The notes below the pieces were generated by a model. That model had not been told where the DNA came from, did not search any database, and saw only the letters and a list, made by a program, of their open reading frames with translations. Positions 12,438 to 23,207 of a stretch of 64,000 nt of DNA are shown here, in pieces. Each line of letters starts with the position of its first letter. Position 1 is the first letter of the stretch. The position numbers and the translations under genes are program-made. This DNA is from Candidatus Aenigmatarchaeota archaeon (GTDB lineage: Archaea; Aenigmatarchaeota; Aenigmatarchaeia; PWEA01): positions 53,425 through 117,424 of the forward strand of contig JBKHHD010000002.1 in assembly GCA_046539325.1 (NCBI GenBank), given 5' to 3'.

Positions 12438-13992
12438 CTAAACCCCCCTCTTCGTCTTCCTCCTCCGGAACCCAAATCCTCCTGACTTTTTCCTCCGACC
12501 TCCAGTCCTCGGCGAACTTGCTTACGGAGCTTGGTATAACCTCCTTCAGTATGTTCCCCTTTCTTGCTATCTTTGAAAGCTGGACCTCCAAACTCTTTGA
12601 AAGCTTGTCGTAGAGCTTCGGATGTGAGTATACAAGGCCTTCCTTCAACCTCCAGTAGGCCGTGGTTCCTTTCGGAGCAAGCGGTATATAGCCCCTGGAC
12701 TTATCGTACTCCTTCATTGCCTCCTGCATGTCACTGTAGCTTACGTAGTAGACCCCTCCGCTCTTTGAGCTCGGATCCATGACAAGGATCTCGTCGCCTT
12801 CAACACCCAAACATAGAACGTAGTGGCCTGTGGTCGCATCAGGGAATATGACAGGCTTCATGAAGTGTAGTACAACCAAAGCGCCATCGTTCAGCCAGAC
12901 CTTGAGCTCCCTCTTCAGGTTGCTTATCTCCTCGTATGAAATGTAGCTTGCATAGACCTCGCCGTTTGTAAGGCTTTCAACTGAATCAGCAAGATCCTCA
13001 CCCTCCGTTCCTCCGTCCAGCTTTGTACCTGCTTCCTCGCCTATCTCTTCCTGACTCACGTCGTATCCGAAGATCGCTAGAGCCATTTCTGCCGAAGCAG
13101 GCCCGCAGTACGCGGGATTCTGCGCCCGAAAGTAGTCGGTTACTTCGTCCAACGTCTCCACATCGGCCTTAGTCCTTTTGAAGTAAACCTCTCCGTCCAT
13201 GGCCTCGCTGTTAGGTACAAACATGAAGTAGCCCGAGTCCGTGGAAATCGTAGTTCCGAACTTAGTTATATCACGTATCTCACCGGACTCTTCCTTGAAC
13301 TTCACCTTCCTTCCCTTCTTAAACATATTCGAGCTCTTGAGGTAGAATCCGGCGGCGTAGTTGACCACAAGATCCTTGAATCCAAAGAAAAGTATCAACG
13401 CGACCACGAAGACAATGGCATAGGCTGCAGCCTTTAGCGTCTCCTCCAGAAGGTAGGACGAAACGCCTGCCTGTACAACTGCCATCTGTACCACAAGGAC
13501 GTAGAGGAATATCCTGAATACCTTAAGTATTATGTCCACGGCCCTTGGGCTCAGGCCAAAGTCCTCTGTAAACTCACCCATGTCTATGGCCTCGAAGAAC
13601 CTTCTAAGGAGGTCCATCACCAGGTTTACGACTATGAAACCAAGTACTATTATCAGAACCGTGGATATAAGGGTTGGAAGGTTGTCAAGTGTTTGTACAA
13701 TTATATTGTTGGTCATGGGTGCATTGAGGAAAAGCAGGGCGATGAGTATAACAAATATAAGGGCTATGTACTCCACTATCTTCGACGGCTCTGACTTCCT
13801 TTTCTTGATACTTTCAACTGCATCCTCCCCAGAAGTCCTCCTCATAGTCACATGCCGCGAAAGCTTTGAGATAAGCTTGGTTAGAAAGATACCGACCAAA
13901 AGGATTAGTATAGTACCTATTATCCTCCCTTCAGTAGGCTCAAGGAAGAAATCTACAAGTGCGCCAAAAGAATTTTCCAACATTGTAATCAT
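12415..13992 (-). CDS. MscS-family membrane domain fused to a C39-like cysteine peptidase
   Basis: Multiple TMs, FKDLVVNYAAG and MscS beta-domain, then QNPAYCGPAS, GHYV and MDP (Cys-His-Asp). Confidence 0.85.
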   Translation of the reverse strand: MITMLENSFGALVDFFLEPTEGRIIGTILILLVGIFLTKLISKLSRHVTMRRTSGEDAVESIKKRKSEPSKIVEYIALIFVILIALLFLNAPMTNNIIVQTLDNLPTLISTVLIIVLGFIVVNLVMDLLRRFFEAIDMGEFTEDFGLSPRAVDIILKVFRIFLYVLVVQMAVVQAGVSSYLLEETLKAAAYAIVFVVALILFFGFKDLVVNYAAGFYLKSSNMFKKGRKVKFKEESGEIRDITKFGTTISTDSGYFMFVPNSEAMDGEVYFKRTKADVETLDEVTDYFRAQNPAYCGPASAEMALAIFGYDVSQEEIGEEAGTKLDGGTEGEDLADSVESLTNGEVYASYISYEEISNLKRELKVWLNDGALVVLHFMKPVIFPDATTGHYVLCLGVEGDEILVMDPSSKSGGVYYVSYSDMQEAMKEYDKSRGYIPLAPKGTTAYWRLKEGLVYSHPKLYDKLSKSLEVQLSKIARKGNILKEVIPSSVSKFAEDWRSEEKVRRIWVPEEEDEEGGLDEFIDDN

Positions 13993-14094
13993 GTTGTAGT
14001 TTTTGTTTGCCCCAGGACAGTTTTACACTTATCTAATTTAAAACTAACCCCTGTTTTTGGAGTAAAAAGCATCTTGCGGAGCATATCCAACACA

Positions 14095-14235
14095 TTAGAA
14101 GACTCCGTGGCCGTCGAACCTGTCCCTTTCCTTTCTAAGCTTCACATAGCAGTCCGTACAGAGAATTCTTCCGCCATCCTCGAACCTCCTGCTAGACCGC
14201 TTCCAGAAAGTCCCGCACTCATCACATATGGGCAA
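14095..14235 (-). CDS. 46-aa CxxC-CxxC zinc-finger microprotein (not in ORF track)
   Basis: TTG start after GGTGA SD; PICDECGTFWKRSSRRFEDGGRILCTDCYVKLRKERDRFDGHGVF. Confidence 0.65.
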   Translation of the reverse strand: MPICDECGTFWKRSSRRFEDGGRILCTDCYVKLRKERDRFDGHGVF

Positions 14236-14342
14236 GCTCTCACCAACAGACCTTTCCTGAGAACGAAGGTTTATAAAAATTTCCCGAGGCGTGGAGACAA
14301 GTTTTAAATATATAAAGGATAAACTTAAGGAAGTGTTTTGAA

Positions 14343-14507
14343 ATGGAACTGATGTGTAACTCTTGTGGCACGAACCTCATAGGGGAAGACGACTTCGTCA
14401 GGTTTGACTGTCCGAACTGTGGAGAGTCAACAGTGATAAGGTGCAGGAAGTGCCGCAGGAAGAAGAACCCTTACAAGTGTGAGGAGTGCGGTTTCGAAGG
14501 ACCGTGA
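14343..14507 (+). CDS. Zn-ribbon protein, DUF1610/HVO_2753 family (not in ORF track)
   Basis: MELMCNSCG...FDCPNCGE...IRCRKCR...YKCEECGFEGP. Confidence 0.9.
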   Translation: MELMCNSCGTNLIGEDDFVRFDCPNCGESTVIRCRKCRRKKNPYKCEECGFEGP

Positions 14508-14550
14508 CCTTTATATTACTAAGGTTCCGAAAATAGGTATGGTGTCTTAA

Positions 14551-14976
14551 ATGCCCGGAATGTTTGCAGCGAGAAAGCTCAAAAAAGATAGGAAGAAGTT
14601 CCGCTGGAAGGAGAAGGACTACAAGGACAGAATGACCCAGTTCAAGAAGAAGAGAGGTCCCCTTGAAGGAGCCCCACAGGGTAAAGGGATTGTCCTGGAA
14701 AAGCGGGTAGTTGAAGCTATGCAGCCCAACTCAGCACTGAGAAAATGTGTAAGGGTACAGCTTCTGAAGAACGGCAAGCGTGTAACGGCTTTCTGCCCAG
14801 GCGACGGAGCGATAGAGCATATTGACGAGCATGATGAAGTTCTTATAGAAGGACTGGGCGGTTCAGGAAAGGGAGCCAAGGGTGATATTCCTGGTGTAAG
14901 GTGGAAGGTAATCCAGGCCAACGGTGTTTCACTCAAAGAGCTGGTCAGAGGAAACAAGGAGAAACCAACGAGATGA
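14551..14976 (+). CDS. rps12: Ribosomal protein uS12
   Basis: [24 protein letters not shown]. Confidence 0.98.
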   Translation: MPGMFAARKLKKDRKKFRWKEKDYKDRMTQFKKKRGPLEGAPQGKGIVLEKRVVEAMQPNSALRKCVRVQLLKNGKRVTAFCPGDGAIEHIDEHDEVLIEGLGGSGKGAKGDIPGVRWKVIQANGVSLKELVRGNKEKPTR

Positions 14977-14982
14977 TAAACT

Positions 14983-15576
14983 ATGAAGATGTTTGGAAAG
15001 TGGGACGTTGAAGGAATTGAAACCGAGGATCCTGGACTGAAGGACCAGATCAATCTTGAACCAATGCTAGCTCCTAAGAAGTCACATGGAAGACATGCAG
15101 GCAATCGCTTCTCAAAAAACGAGGTCAACCTCATTGAGAGGCTCATGAACCACCTTATGGGGCCTGGGCACAGAGGAGATAAGCATAAGATAAGCTCAGG
15201 TAGGTGCGGCGGCGATTCAGACAGTGCATGGAAGATAATGAAGGAATCCTTGGAGATAATAGAGGAAAGGCAGGACAGTAATCCTATAAAGGTTCTGCTT
15301 GAAGCTGTGGAAAATACTGCCCTTGTAGAAGAAGTTTCTTCGTATCAGGTCGGTTCGATAATAAAGAGAAAGGCCGTTGTAACGGCCCCGCAGAGGCGCG
15401 TGGACCTATCGTTGAGACATATGGCACAGGGAGCATACTCCAACTCCGTCGGATCAAACAAGGATATGTCCGAATGCTTGGCTGATGAGATAATCGCCGC
15501 CTACAACAAAGAAAGGGAGTCCTACGCTGTAAGGCAGAAGGAAAGGTTTGAAAGGGAAGCAGAGGGAGCAAGATAA
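14983..15576 (+). CDS. rps7: Ribosomal protein uS7
   Basis: PQRRVDLSLR, ECLADEII; position. Confidence 0.97.
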   Translation: MKMFGKWDVEGIETEDPGLKDQINLEPMLAPKKSHGRHAGNRFSKNEVNLIERLMNHLMGPGHRGDKHKISSGRCGGDSDSAWKIMKESLEIIEERQDSNPIKVLLEAVENTALVEEVSSYQVGSIIKRKAVVTAPQRRVDLSLRHMAQGAYSNSVGSNKDMSECLADEIIAAYNKERESYAVRQKERFEREAEGAR

Positions 15577-15594
15577 AAATACTAAGTGATTGTT

Positions 15595-17781
15595 ATGGCA
15601 AAGGATCTATCGGAACGTGTAAAGAAGCTGATGAGGAAGCAAAAACACATAAGGAATATAGGCACAGCTGCACATATAGACCACGGTAAGACAACGCTCA
15701 CGGACAATCTTCTTGCCGGTGCCGGAATGATATCCGACGAGCTGGCAGGTGAACAGCTTTTCATGGACTACGACGATCAGGAGCAGGAGCGTGGAATCAC
15801 TATTTATTCTGCAAATGTTTCAATGGTCCATGACTTCGAAAACGAAGACTATCTAATTAACCTTATAGACACACCAGGCCATGTGGACTTCGGAGGAGAC
15901 GTCACGAGAGCGATGAGAGCTGTGGACGGAGTTATAGTTCTCGCCTGTGCTGTAGAAGGCGTTATGCCTCAGACTGAAACTGTAATACAGCAGGCACTGA
16001 AGGAAAGGGTCAAGCCGGTTCTGTTCATAAACAAGGTCGACAGGCTGATAAATGAGCTGGAGATGGACGCAAAGGGAATGCAGGAGAAGTTCATGAAGAT
16101 AATAAGGGAGGTGAACAACCTGATAAGGAAGTACGCGGAAGACGAGTACAAGGACAAATGGACCGTTTCCGTAGACGACGGAAGCGTCATGTTTGGCTCA
16201 GCACTGAAGAACTGGGCGATTTCAAAGCCATATATGGAAGAGAGTGGAATTACTTTCAAGGATATACAGGAGAAATGTTCAGAGCAGGAACATAAGGAGC
16301 TGTGGAAGGAAGCTCCGCTGCACCGTATAGTTCTAAACGGTATAATAAGACACCTGCCTAATCCCAAGAAGGCACAGAACTACAGAATACCTAAGATCTG
16401 GCCAGGAGACGCAGAGTCGGAGGCTGGGAAGGATATGAGGGAGTGTAATGCAGAAGGAAAGCTGGCTGCTATAACCACAAAGGTATACGACGACCCACAT
16501 GCCGGTTCTGTCGCAACAGGTAGAATTTTCTCAGGAAGTCTGACCGAAGGACAGGAAGTACACCTTGTAGGCCAGCATAAGGACGAGAGGATGCAGCAGG
16601 TATGCGTCTACAAGGGACAGGAAAGAGTTCCCATGGACAGCGTACAGGCAGGAAACATAATAGGTCTTGTAGGAGTTCCTGATGCCTTTTCAGGAGAGAC
16701 TATATGCAATCCGGACTACAAGATAGATCCCTTCGAGGAGATAAAGCATGTCTTTGAGCCTGTTGTGACCAAGGCTGTAGAGGCAAAGAAGACGAAGGAT
16801 CTTCCGGACCTGGTTCAGTTCCTCAGAAAGGTGAGCAGAGAGGACCCGACGCTGGAGGTAGAGATAGATGAGGAAACCGGTGAGCATCTGGTTTCGGGTC
16901 TGGGCGAACTACATATACAAGCAAAGGTCGAGAAAGGACTCAAAGACGAAGGAATTCCTATAGATAGCTCCCAACCCATCGTTGTTTACAGGGAAACCGT
17001 AAAGAACGAAAGCGATACGTTTGAGGGCAAGAGCCCGAACAAACATAATAAGTTCTACTTTGAGGTAGAGCCCCTCGCTGACGAGATATACAAGGCTATA
17101 GCCAAAGGCGAGATAGATGAAGGAGAGTACAAGGGAAAGAGCAGCGACCTAGCAAACGAGTTAAAGGACCTTGGAATGGACGACGACGATGCAGAGGGCG
17201 TAGAGCTAATAAAGGAGAAGAACATTTTCACGGACGCCACCAAGGGAATCCAGTACCTTAACGATACAATAGAACTTGTCAGGGAAGCAATAAGTGATCT
17301 GATAGACGAAGGTCCTCTCGCAAGAGAGCCGTGCTCAAAGCTTCTCATCAGGCTCGTGGATGCAAAGCTACACGAAGACGCTATACACAGAGGACCTGCA
17401 CAGGTCACACCTGCTGTAAGGTTCGCCGTAAACAACGCAATACTTAGCTCCAACGCCACACTTCTGGAGCCGAAGCAGATTCTAAGGGTTGAATCACCCC
17501 AGGAACATATGGGAGACGTTATGACAGAGGTACAGAACAGAAGAGGCGAGGTAATGAACGTTGATACGGAGGAAGGTACAGCAGTCCTTACAATAAAGCT
17601 CCCAGTAGAAGAGATGTTTGGATTTGAAGGAGAGCTCAAGTCCGCAACCGAAGGTAAAGGTTTCTACTACCTAAAGGATGTTCTCTTCGAATACATGCCG
17701 GACAACCTGAGAAAGGACAGGATCAAGGATATCAGAGAAAGGAAGGGACTAGGAAGAGAAATACCACAGCCAGAGGCATGA
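15595..17781 (+). CDS. fusA: Elongation factor EF-2
   Basis: AHIDHGKTT, DTPGHVDF, HEDAIHRG diphthamide loop. Confidence 0.99.
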   Translation: MAKDLSERVKKLMRKQKHIRNIGTAAHIDHGKTTLTDNLLAGAGMISDELAGEQLFMDYDDQEQERGITIYSANVSMVHDFENEDYLINLIDTPGHVDFGGDVTRAMRAVDGVIVLACAVEGVMPQTETVIQQALKERVKPVLFINKVDRLINELEMDAKGMQEKFMKIIREVNNLIRKYAEDEYKDKWTVSVDDGSVMFGSALKNWAISKPYMEESGITFKDIQEKCSEQEHKELWKEAPLHRIVLNGIIRHLPNPKKAQNYRIPKIWPGDAESEAGKDMRECNAEGKLAAITTKVYDDPHAGSVATGRIFSGSLTEGQEVHLVGQHKDERMQQVCVYKGQERVPMDSVQAGNIIGLVGVPDAFSGETICNPDYKIDPFEEIKHVFEPVVTKAVEAKKTKDLPDLVQFLRKVSREDPTLEVEIDEETGEHLVSGLGELHIQAKVEKGLKDEGIPIDSSQPIVVYRETVKNESDTFEGKSPNKHNKFYFEVEPLADEIYKAIAKGEIDEGEYKGKSSDLANELKDLGMDDDDAEGVELIKEKNIFTDATKGIQYLNDTIELVREAISDLIDEGPLAREPCSKLLIRLVDAKLHEDAIHRGPAQVTPAVRFAVNNAILSSNATLLEPKQILRVESPQEHMGDVMTEVQNRRGEVMNVDTEEGTAVLTIKLPVEEMFGFEGELKSATEGKGFYYLKDVLFEYMPDNLRKDRIKDIRERKGLGREIPQPEA

Positions 17782-17863
17782 AGCTTATAAACAAGTATTT
17801 ATAAAAGAAGAGTACATACTACAAAAGGGGTATTAATCCCATAATTTCAAAGGAGGTGTGAAT

Positions 17864-19132
17864 ATGGCAGACAAACCACATTTGAACCTAGTCACGATAG
17901 GTCATGTAGACCACGGTAAGTCCACGTTAGTGGGACACCTGCTCTACGACACAGGAAACCTACCGGACAAGGAGTACAAGAAGCTTGAAGAAGCTGCAGA
18001 GGAAGCAGGAAAGGAAACCTTCGGGTTCGCTTTTGCTATGGACAGCCTGAAGGAAGAAAGGGAAAGAGGAGTTACCATCGATGTAGCTCACACAGAGTTC
18101 GACACGGACAACTACCACTTTACAGTGATCGATGCTCCAGGACATAGAGACTTCGTCAAGAACATGATTACAGGAGCTTCACAGGCCGACGCCGCGATCC
18201 TTGTTGTTTCAGCCAAGGACGGCGTACAGGACCAGACCAAGGAGCATAGCTACCTTGCAAAGGTTCTAGGTGTAGGTGAAATCATAGTAGCGGTCAACAA
18301 GATGGACACAGTAGACTACTCAGAGGACAAGTTCGAAGAGGTCAAGAAAGAGACGCAGGACCTTCTGAAGAGCATTGGCTTCAAGCCTGGCGACATTCCA
18401 TTCGTACCTGTCTCAGCTTTCTACGGCGACAACGTAGCTGAGCCAAAGGACGAGATGGACTGGTACGACGGTCCGACCATCTACGAGCTTCTTGACGATC
18501 TAGAAGAACCAACGAAGCCAGTAAACAAGTCCATGAGAATTCCTATCCAGGACGTTTACACCATCACAGGTGTAGGTACGGTTCCTGTAGGAAAGGTAGA
18601 GACAGGTCAGATCAAGAAGGGCGACAAGGTTCTCTTCTTACCTTCCGACGTAACCGGAGAAGTGAAGTCAATAGAGATGCATCACGAAGAGGTAGATGAA
18701 GCTCAAGCTGGTGACAACATCGGTTTCAACACGAGAGGAATTTCAAAGGAAGACATAAGAAGAGGAGACGTAGCCTGTGATCCAGACGATCCCGTGACAG
18801 TAGCGAAGGAGTTCAGAGCTCAGATAATCGTCATGGAACATCCCAACGTTATCGCAGAGGGATATACGCCTGTTTTCCACTGCAACACCGCACAGGTAGC
18901 TTCGAAGTTCGTAGACCTCGAGAAGAAGGTCGACTCGAAGACCGGTGAGACAAAGGAAGAGAATCCGGACTACCTCAAGACAGGTGACTCAGCAGTGGTC
19001 AAGATCAGGCCCACAGAACCAATGGCGATTGAAGAACAGGGTGAGTTCCCAGAACTGAGCAGATTCGCTATTAGGGACATGGGCAAGACCGTGGCCGCAG
19101 GAATCTGTATAGAAGTGACTGAAGAGGCCTAA
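17864..19132 (+). CDS. tuf: Elongation factor EF-1 alpha
   Basis: [29 protein letters not shown]. Confidence 0.99.
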   Translation: MADKPHLNLVTIGHVDHGKSTLVGHLLYDTGNLPDKEYKKLEEAAEEAGKETFGFAFAMDSLKEERERGVTIDVAHTEFDTDNYHFTVIDAPGHRDFVKNMITGASQADAAILVVSAKDGVQDQTKEHSYLAKVLGVGEIIVAVNKMDTVDYSEDKFEEVKKETQDLLKSIGFKPGDIPFVPVSAFYGDNVAEPKDEMDWYDGPTIYELLDDLEEPTKPVNKSMRIPIQDVYTITGVGTVPVGKVETGQIKKGDKVLFLPSDVTGEVKSIEMHHEEVDEAQAGDNIGFNTRGISKEDIRRGDVACDPDDPVTVAKEFRAQIIVMEHPNVIAEGYTPVFHCNTAQVASKFVDLEKKVDSKTGETKEENPDYLKTGDSAVVKIRPTEPMAIEEQGEFPELSRFAIRDMGKTVAAGICIEVTEEA

Positions 19133-19235
19133 AACCTCTCCTAATTTTTATTTTCATCTTAATTATTTATTTTAGGTTCTACCAACCAAAAGCTATTTAA
19201 ATTCTAACCATCCAAAGTCGTATGCCGGTGTTAAT

Positions 19236-19559
19236 ATGCCAGGAAAGGCCAGAATAAATTTAGCAGGTAAGGACCATGAGGTCCTTGAAGAGATCTGCAA
19301 AGAGATTACGGGTATCGCAGAGAAGTACGGAGTAGCTTACTCCGGTCCGGTTCCACTGCCAACCAAAAAGCTCAAGGTTCCTGTGATGAGAACGCCTTCT
19401 GGGCAGGGAACTGGCCACGGAAACGCAACATGGGACCACTACGAGCTCAGAATCCACAAAAGACTCATAGAGATGGAAGCCAACAAGCGCGCTCTAAGAA
19501 GGATAATGGGAACGGATATTCCTGAAGAGGTCAACATAGAGATAGAACTGGATGAGTAG
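19236..19559 (+). CDS. rps10: Ribosomal protein uS10
   Basis: SGPVPLPT, ELRIHKRLI. Confidence 0.97.
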   Translation: MPGKARINLAGKDHEVLEEICKEITGIAEKYGVAYSGPVPLPTKKLKVPVMRTPSGQGTGHGNATWDHYELRIHKRLIEMEANKRALRRIMGTDIPEEVNIEIELDE

Positions 19560-19623
19560 TTCTTCTCCTCAAACTAATTTAAACTTCAATGATAATTTCT
19601 CATGGAGAGGCAACTACGAAGTA

Positions 19624-19765
19624 GCCGGGGTAGCGAAGCCAGGTCCACCGCGCCAGCTTGGAGCTTTCGACTGAAAAGCTGGTGGGCGTCAAGGGGCCAA
19701 AGGACGTAGTCGAAGACTACGTCGTTCCAACGAAGCCCGCGTGGGTTCAAATCCCACCCCCGGCG
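19624..19765 (+). tRNA. tRNA-Ser(GGA) with 37/38 intron (19664-19676) and variable-arm intron (~19693-19733)
   Basis: GCCGGGG/CCCCGGC acceptor, CCAGC-TT-GGA-G..A-GCTGG, G discriminator. Confidence 0.88.
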
Positions 19766-20079
19766 CTCGTAAGTTCTACATTTTTCTCTGGGAAAATTCT
19801 TAACCTTTAAATACCTTAGCTTCCTAATTATGGTTGTCTCTCAACGTACCGTTTGGGAAGACCGTCTTCCCGTCTGAAAGGTGACTTTCAGAGCTTGTAA
19901 AAGACCTGATCCGCTTCTAGATCGTGGGCTCCCCATCGGAAAGGTATATAAATATACGGAACAGTTAAAGTTCCGTGTTCGACCCACAGGTTTTAAAAGG
20001 TTTACATTGTAAAAGTTTGCGATAAGAAATCGCAAATAATGGAAGCTTTGCTTCCAGTAAATAGAGGTTAAGTGGTAAC

Positions 20080-21039
20080 ATGCCGGAACCAAGCAGACCG
20101 AAAAAAGGCTCTACAGGAATGTGGCCCAGGAAACGGGCTAGCCGTATGTATCCCTCAGTAAATTCCTGCGTGGATACAGATGAGTGTAAGCCTCTGCTGT
20201 TTGCTGGTTACAAGGCCGGCATGACCCAGGTCACTATGAAGGACCTGAGAAAGACCTCGCCAACAAAAAACCAGATTATTTCTGCTCCTGTAACTGTTCT
20301 CGACATACCTCCTCTCCTTGTTATCGGTGCACGCTCCTACAAAGATACTGTAGAAGGGCTTACTGTCGTGGAGGATGTAGGCGCTGAAGAGGAAGATATT
20401 CCAAAGAAGGTGAGGGAAAGGGTACATATACCAGAAAGGGACAGCTTTGAAAAGGAAGGTGATTTAATAAGGTTTATTGTTTCAATGCAGCCGCAGAGAA
20501 GCGGTCTCGGAAAGAAGGAGCCAGAGGTGTTTGAGGTTCCGATTGGCGGAAGCTTTGAGGAACAAGAGGAATACGCAGAAGAGAAGCTTGGAGAGGAGCT
20601 TAAGGTTGAAGACGTCTTTGAAGAGGGAGAGTTCCTTGACGCTATAGCTATAACTAAAGGTAAAGGATACGAAGGTCCTGTGACAAGGCACGGAGCTAAG
20701 ATAGACAGGAGGAAGGACGAAGCTCCACGAAGAATTGGAAGTATGGGAGCAAGAGGCCAGGGAAGAGTTCTACATACGACTCCGCAGCCAGGCCAGCACG
20801 GCCTACACAGGAGAACGGACGAGTGCAAACATTTCCTTGGTTCCTTTGATCCGGAAGAGATAAATCCTGAAGACGGCTTCGGTAACTATGGCCTCGTAAA
20901 GGAAAACTCATTGCTTATCAAGGGAAGTGTACCTGGTCCAAAAAAGAGGCTTGTAATGCTGAGGAAAAGTATTAAGGATCAGTCAAAGCTTCCTGTGGAA
21001 ATAAAGGATATAAATACTTCAAGCCAGCAGGGTGTATGA
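20080..21039 (+). CDS. rpl3: Ribosomal protein uL3
   Basis: GYKAGMT, TKGKGYEGPV, KGSVPGPKKR. Confidence 0.97.
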   Translation: MPEPSRPKKGSTGMWPRKRASRMYPSVNSCVDTDECKPLLFAGYKAGMTQVTMKDLRKTSPTKNQIISAPVTVLDIPPLLVIGARSYKDTVEGLTVVEDVGAEEEDIPKKVRERVHIPERDSFEKEGDLIRFIVSMQPQRSGLGKKEPEVFEVPIGGSFEEQEEYAEEKLGEELKVEDVFEEGEFLDAIAITKGKGYEGPVTRHGAKIDRRKDEAPRRIGSMGARGQGRVLHTTPQPGQHGLHRRTDECKHFLGSFDPEEINPEDGFGNYGLVKENSLLIKGSVPGPKKRLVMLRKSIKDQSKLPVEIKDINTSSQQGV

Positions 21040-21040
21040 C

Positions 21041-21838
21041 ATGGTCAAAGTACATAATGTAAAAGGTGAGGAGAAGAACGAGGTCAGTCTGCCAGAAGTA
21101 TTTGACGAACATTACAGGCCTGACCTGATAAAGAGAGCAGTTCACCACTACCAGTCCAGGAGGAGGCAGAGCTACGGCGCTGACAAGAGAGCTGGTATGA
21201 AGACTTCAGCGCATTACGAAGGCTCCAGACATGTCGACAACAGCTCGCAGATGATGAACAGAGAAATGTCAAGAATGCCCAGAGAACATGGCGATACGGC
21301 CAGAAGGTTCAGAGCACTGCTTGCTCCCCACGCTGTAGGAGGTATGAAGGCGCATCCTCCGAAGGCTGACAAAAAGTTTGACAAGGGGCTCAACAAGAAG
21401 GAGAGGAAGAAGGCGACGAGGAGCGCTATAGCTTCAACCGCCAACGAAGAAGCTGTAAAGGAAAGAAACCATAAGTTTGAAGGTGAGCTTCCGCTTGTAG
21501 TCGAGGATAAAATAGAAAGTATGGAAAGGACAAACGATGTGGAGGAGGCCCTGGTTAAGCTTGGCTTGGAGGAAGAGCTGCAGAGAGCTAAGAAAAAGAA
21601 GGTGAGGTCAGGAAAGGGAAAGAACCGTGGTAGGAAATACAAGACAAAGAAATCCGTGCTTATAGTTGTTGGTGAAGACGAAGGTATTAAAAGAGCCGCG
21701 AGAAATATTCCGGGTGTCGAAGTAAGGAAGGTCGATGAGCTAAATGCCGAGCTGCTCTCGCCGGGAGCACATGGCTCAAGGCTTACAGTTTACAGCGAAT
21801 CCGCTCTTGACGTTATAGAGAAGAGGTGGGAGAGATGA
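21041..21838 (+). CDS. rpl4: Ribosomal protein uL4
   Basis: RPDLIKRAV, AHPPK, RNIPGV. Confidence 0.97.
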   Translation: MVKVHNVKGEEKNEVSLPEVFDEHYRPDLIKRAVHHYQSRRRQSYGADKRAGMKTSAHYEGSRHVDNSSQMMNREMSRMPREHGDTARRFRALLAPHAVGGMKAHPPKADKKFDKGLNKKERKKATRSAIASTANEEAVKERNHKFEGELPLVVEDKIESMERTNDVEEALVKLGLEEELQRAKKKKVRSGKGKNRGRKYKTKKSVLIVVGEDEGIKRAARNIPGVEVRKVDELNAELLSPGAHGSRLTVYSESALDVIEKRWER

Positions 21839-22098
21839 AGAGGCCAATGGACGTAATAAGATATCCACACCTGACAGAAAAGTCCGTAAGTATGGTAGAG
21901 GAAGAGAACAAGCTTGTATTTATAGTTCAAGATTCGGCAAACAAAAACGAAGTTAAGTGGGCCGTAGAGGAGGAGTTCGGCGTTGGCGTAGTAAAGGTAA
22001 ATACTTTAAACACGATGAAAGGTAACAAAAAAGCTATAGTTCAGCTGTCCGGGGACGACAACGCTATAGATATAGCAACAAGACTCGGAATGCTGTAG
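21835..22098 (+). CDS. rpl23: Ribosomal protein uL23
   Basis: TEKS, ENKLVFIV, KKAIV. Confidence 0.96.
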   Translation: MKRPMDVIRYPHLTEKSVSMVEEENKLVFIVQDSANKNEVKWAVEEEFGVGVVKVNTLNTMKGNKKAIVQLSGDDNAIDIATRLGML

Positions 22099-22117
22099 AC
22101 TATGGATATGGTGTGAT

Positions 22118-22810
22118 ATGCCTAACAAAACGAGAGCACAGAGGAAAGGAAGCAGCAGAAATATAAGGACACCTAGCCATCGCTATGATAAAAAGGCAGA
22201 CTTCGACGACGTAGAAGGAGAGATTGTAGATATAGTCCACGATCCATCGAGGTCTGCTCCTCTGGCAAAGGTAAAGCTTGAGGACGGCGAGGAAAGGTTT
22301 ATAATAGCGCCACAGGGATTGGAGACAGGTGATAAAATAAAATGCGGTATATCCGCGCCCATAGAACCTGGAAACAGACTTAAGCTGGCTGAAATTCCCG
22401 AAGGAGTTCCGATTCATTCTATAGAAATCAAGCCCGGTGAAGGAGGTAAGCTGGCAAGGTCTTCAGGTACCTATGGGACCGTAAAGATGCACGATATAGA
22501 TAAAACTGTTGTGGAGCTTCCCTCAGAGAAGACGAAAAACCTGAATCCGGAATGCAAAGCTACTGTGGGGGTTGTTGCAGGAAGCGGAAGAAAGGAGAAG
22601 CCCTTCGTCAAGGCAGGAAGCAAACACAAGGCTATGAAGGCAAGAGGAAAGAAATATCCAACGGTTTCCGCAGTGTCTATGAACCCCGTGGACCATCCGT
22701 TCGGAGGTTCCACTAAACCCGGTAAACCAAAAACCACAAAATCAACGGCACCGCCTGGCCAGAAGGCTGGTTCATTCGGTGCAAAATCTTCCGGTAAGAG
22801 GGAGGATTAA
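22118..22810 (+). CDS. rpl2: Ribosomal protein uL2
   Basis: [18 protein letters not shown]. Confidence 0.98.
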   Translation: MPNKTRAQRKGSSRNIRTPSHRYDKKADFDDVEGEIVDIVHDPSRSAPLAKVKLEDGEERFIIAPQGLETGDKIKCGISAPIEPGNRLKLAEIPEGVPIHSIEIKPGEGGKLARSSGTYGTVKMHDIDKTVVELPSEKTKNLNPECKATVGVVAGSGRKEKPFVKAGSKHKAMKARGKKYPTVSAVSMNPVDHPFGGSTKPGKPKTTKSTAPPGQKAGSFGAKSSGKRED

Positions 22811-22812
22811 AT

Positions 22813-23193
22813 ATGGCAAAAGATTTTACGTTCAGAGGCAAAACGGTCGAAGAGCTTCGTGAGCTGGATCTGACGGAGTTCGCCGAGCTGCTGGACTCAA
22901 GGAAAAGAAGAAGTCTACTCAGAGGTCTTACTGACGCTCAGAAGGATCTACTTGAAGGCGTCAGGGAAGGCGAAGACTACGTCAAGACCCAGGCCAGAGA
23001 CATGGTAATTCTACCTGAGATGGTAGGAACTAGGATAGGAGTTCACAACGGAAAGGACTTCGTTGACGTAGAGATCGAGCCTGAGATGATAGGACACTAC
23101 CTTGGCGAGTTCGCAAAAACGAGAAAGAAGGTCGACCATTCAGCGCCAGGACTCGGAGCTACAAGAACCTCGAAGCACGTGCCTCTGAAGTAG
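22813..23193 (+). CDS. rps19: Ribosomal protein uS19
   Basis: [10 protein letters not shown]. Confidence 0.98.
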   Translation: MAKDFTFRGKTVEELRELDLTEFAELLDSRKRRSLLRGLTDAQKDLLEGVREGEDYVKTQARDMVILPEMVGTRIGVHNGKDFVDVEIEPEMIGHYLGEFAKTRKKVDHSAPGLGATRTSKHVPLK

Positions 23194-23207
23194 TAAGGTG
23201 AAAAAAT

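Noticed and set aside
14074-14307. Plus-strand 77-aa ORF
   Set aside because: Antisense to a better-supported zinc-finger gene with SD
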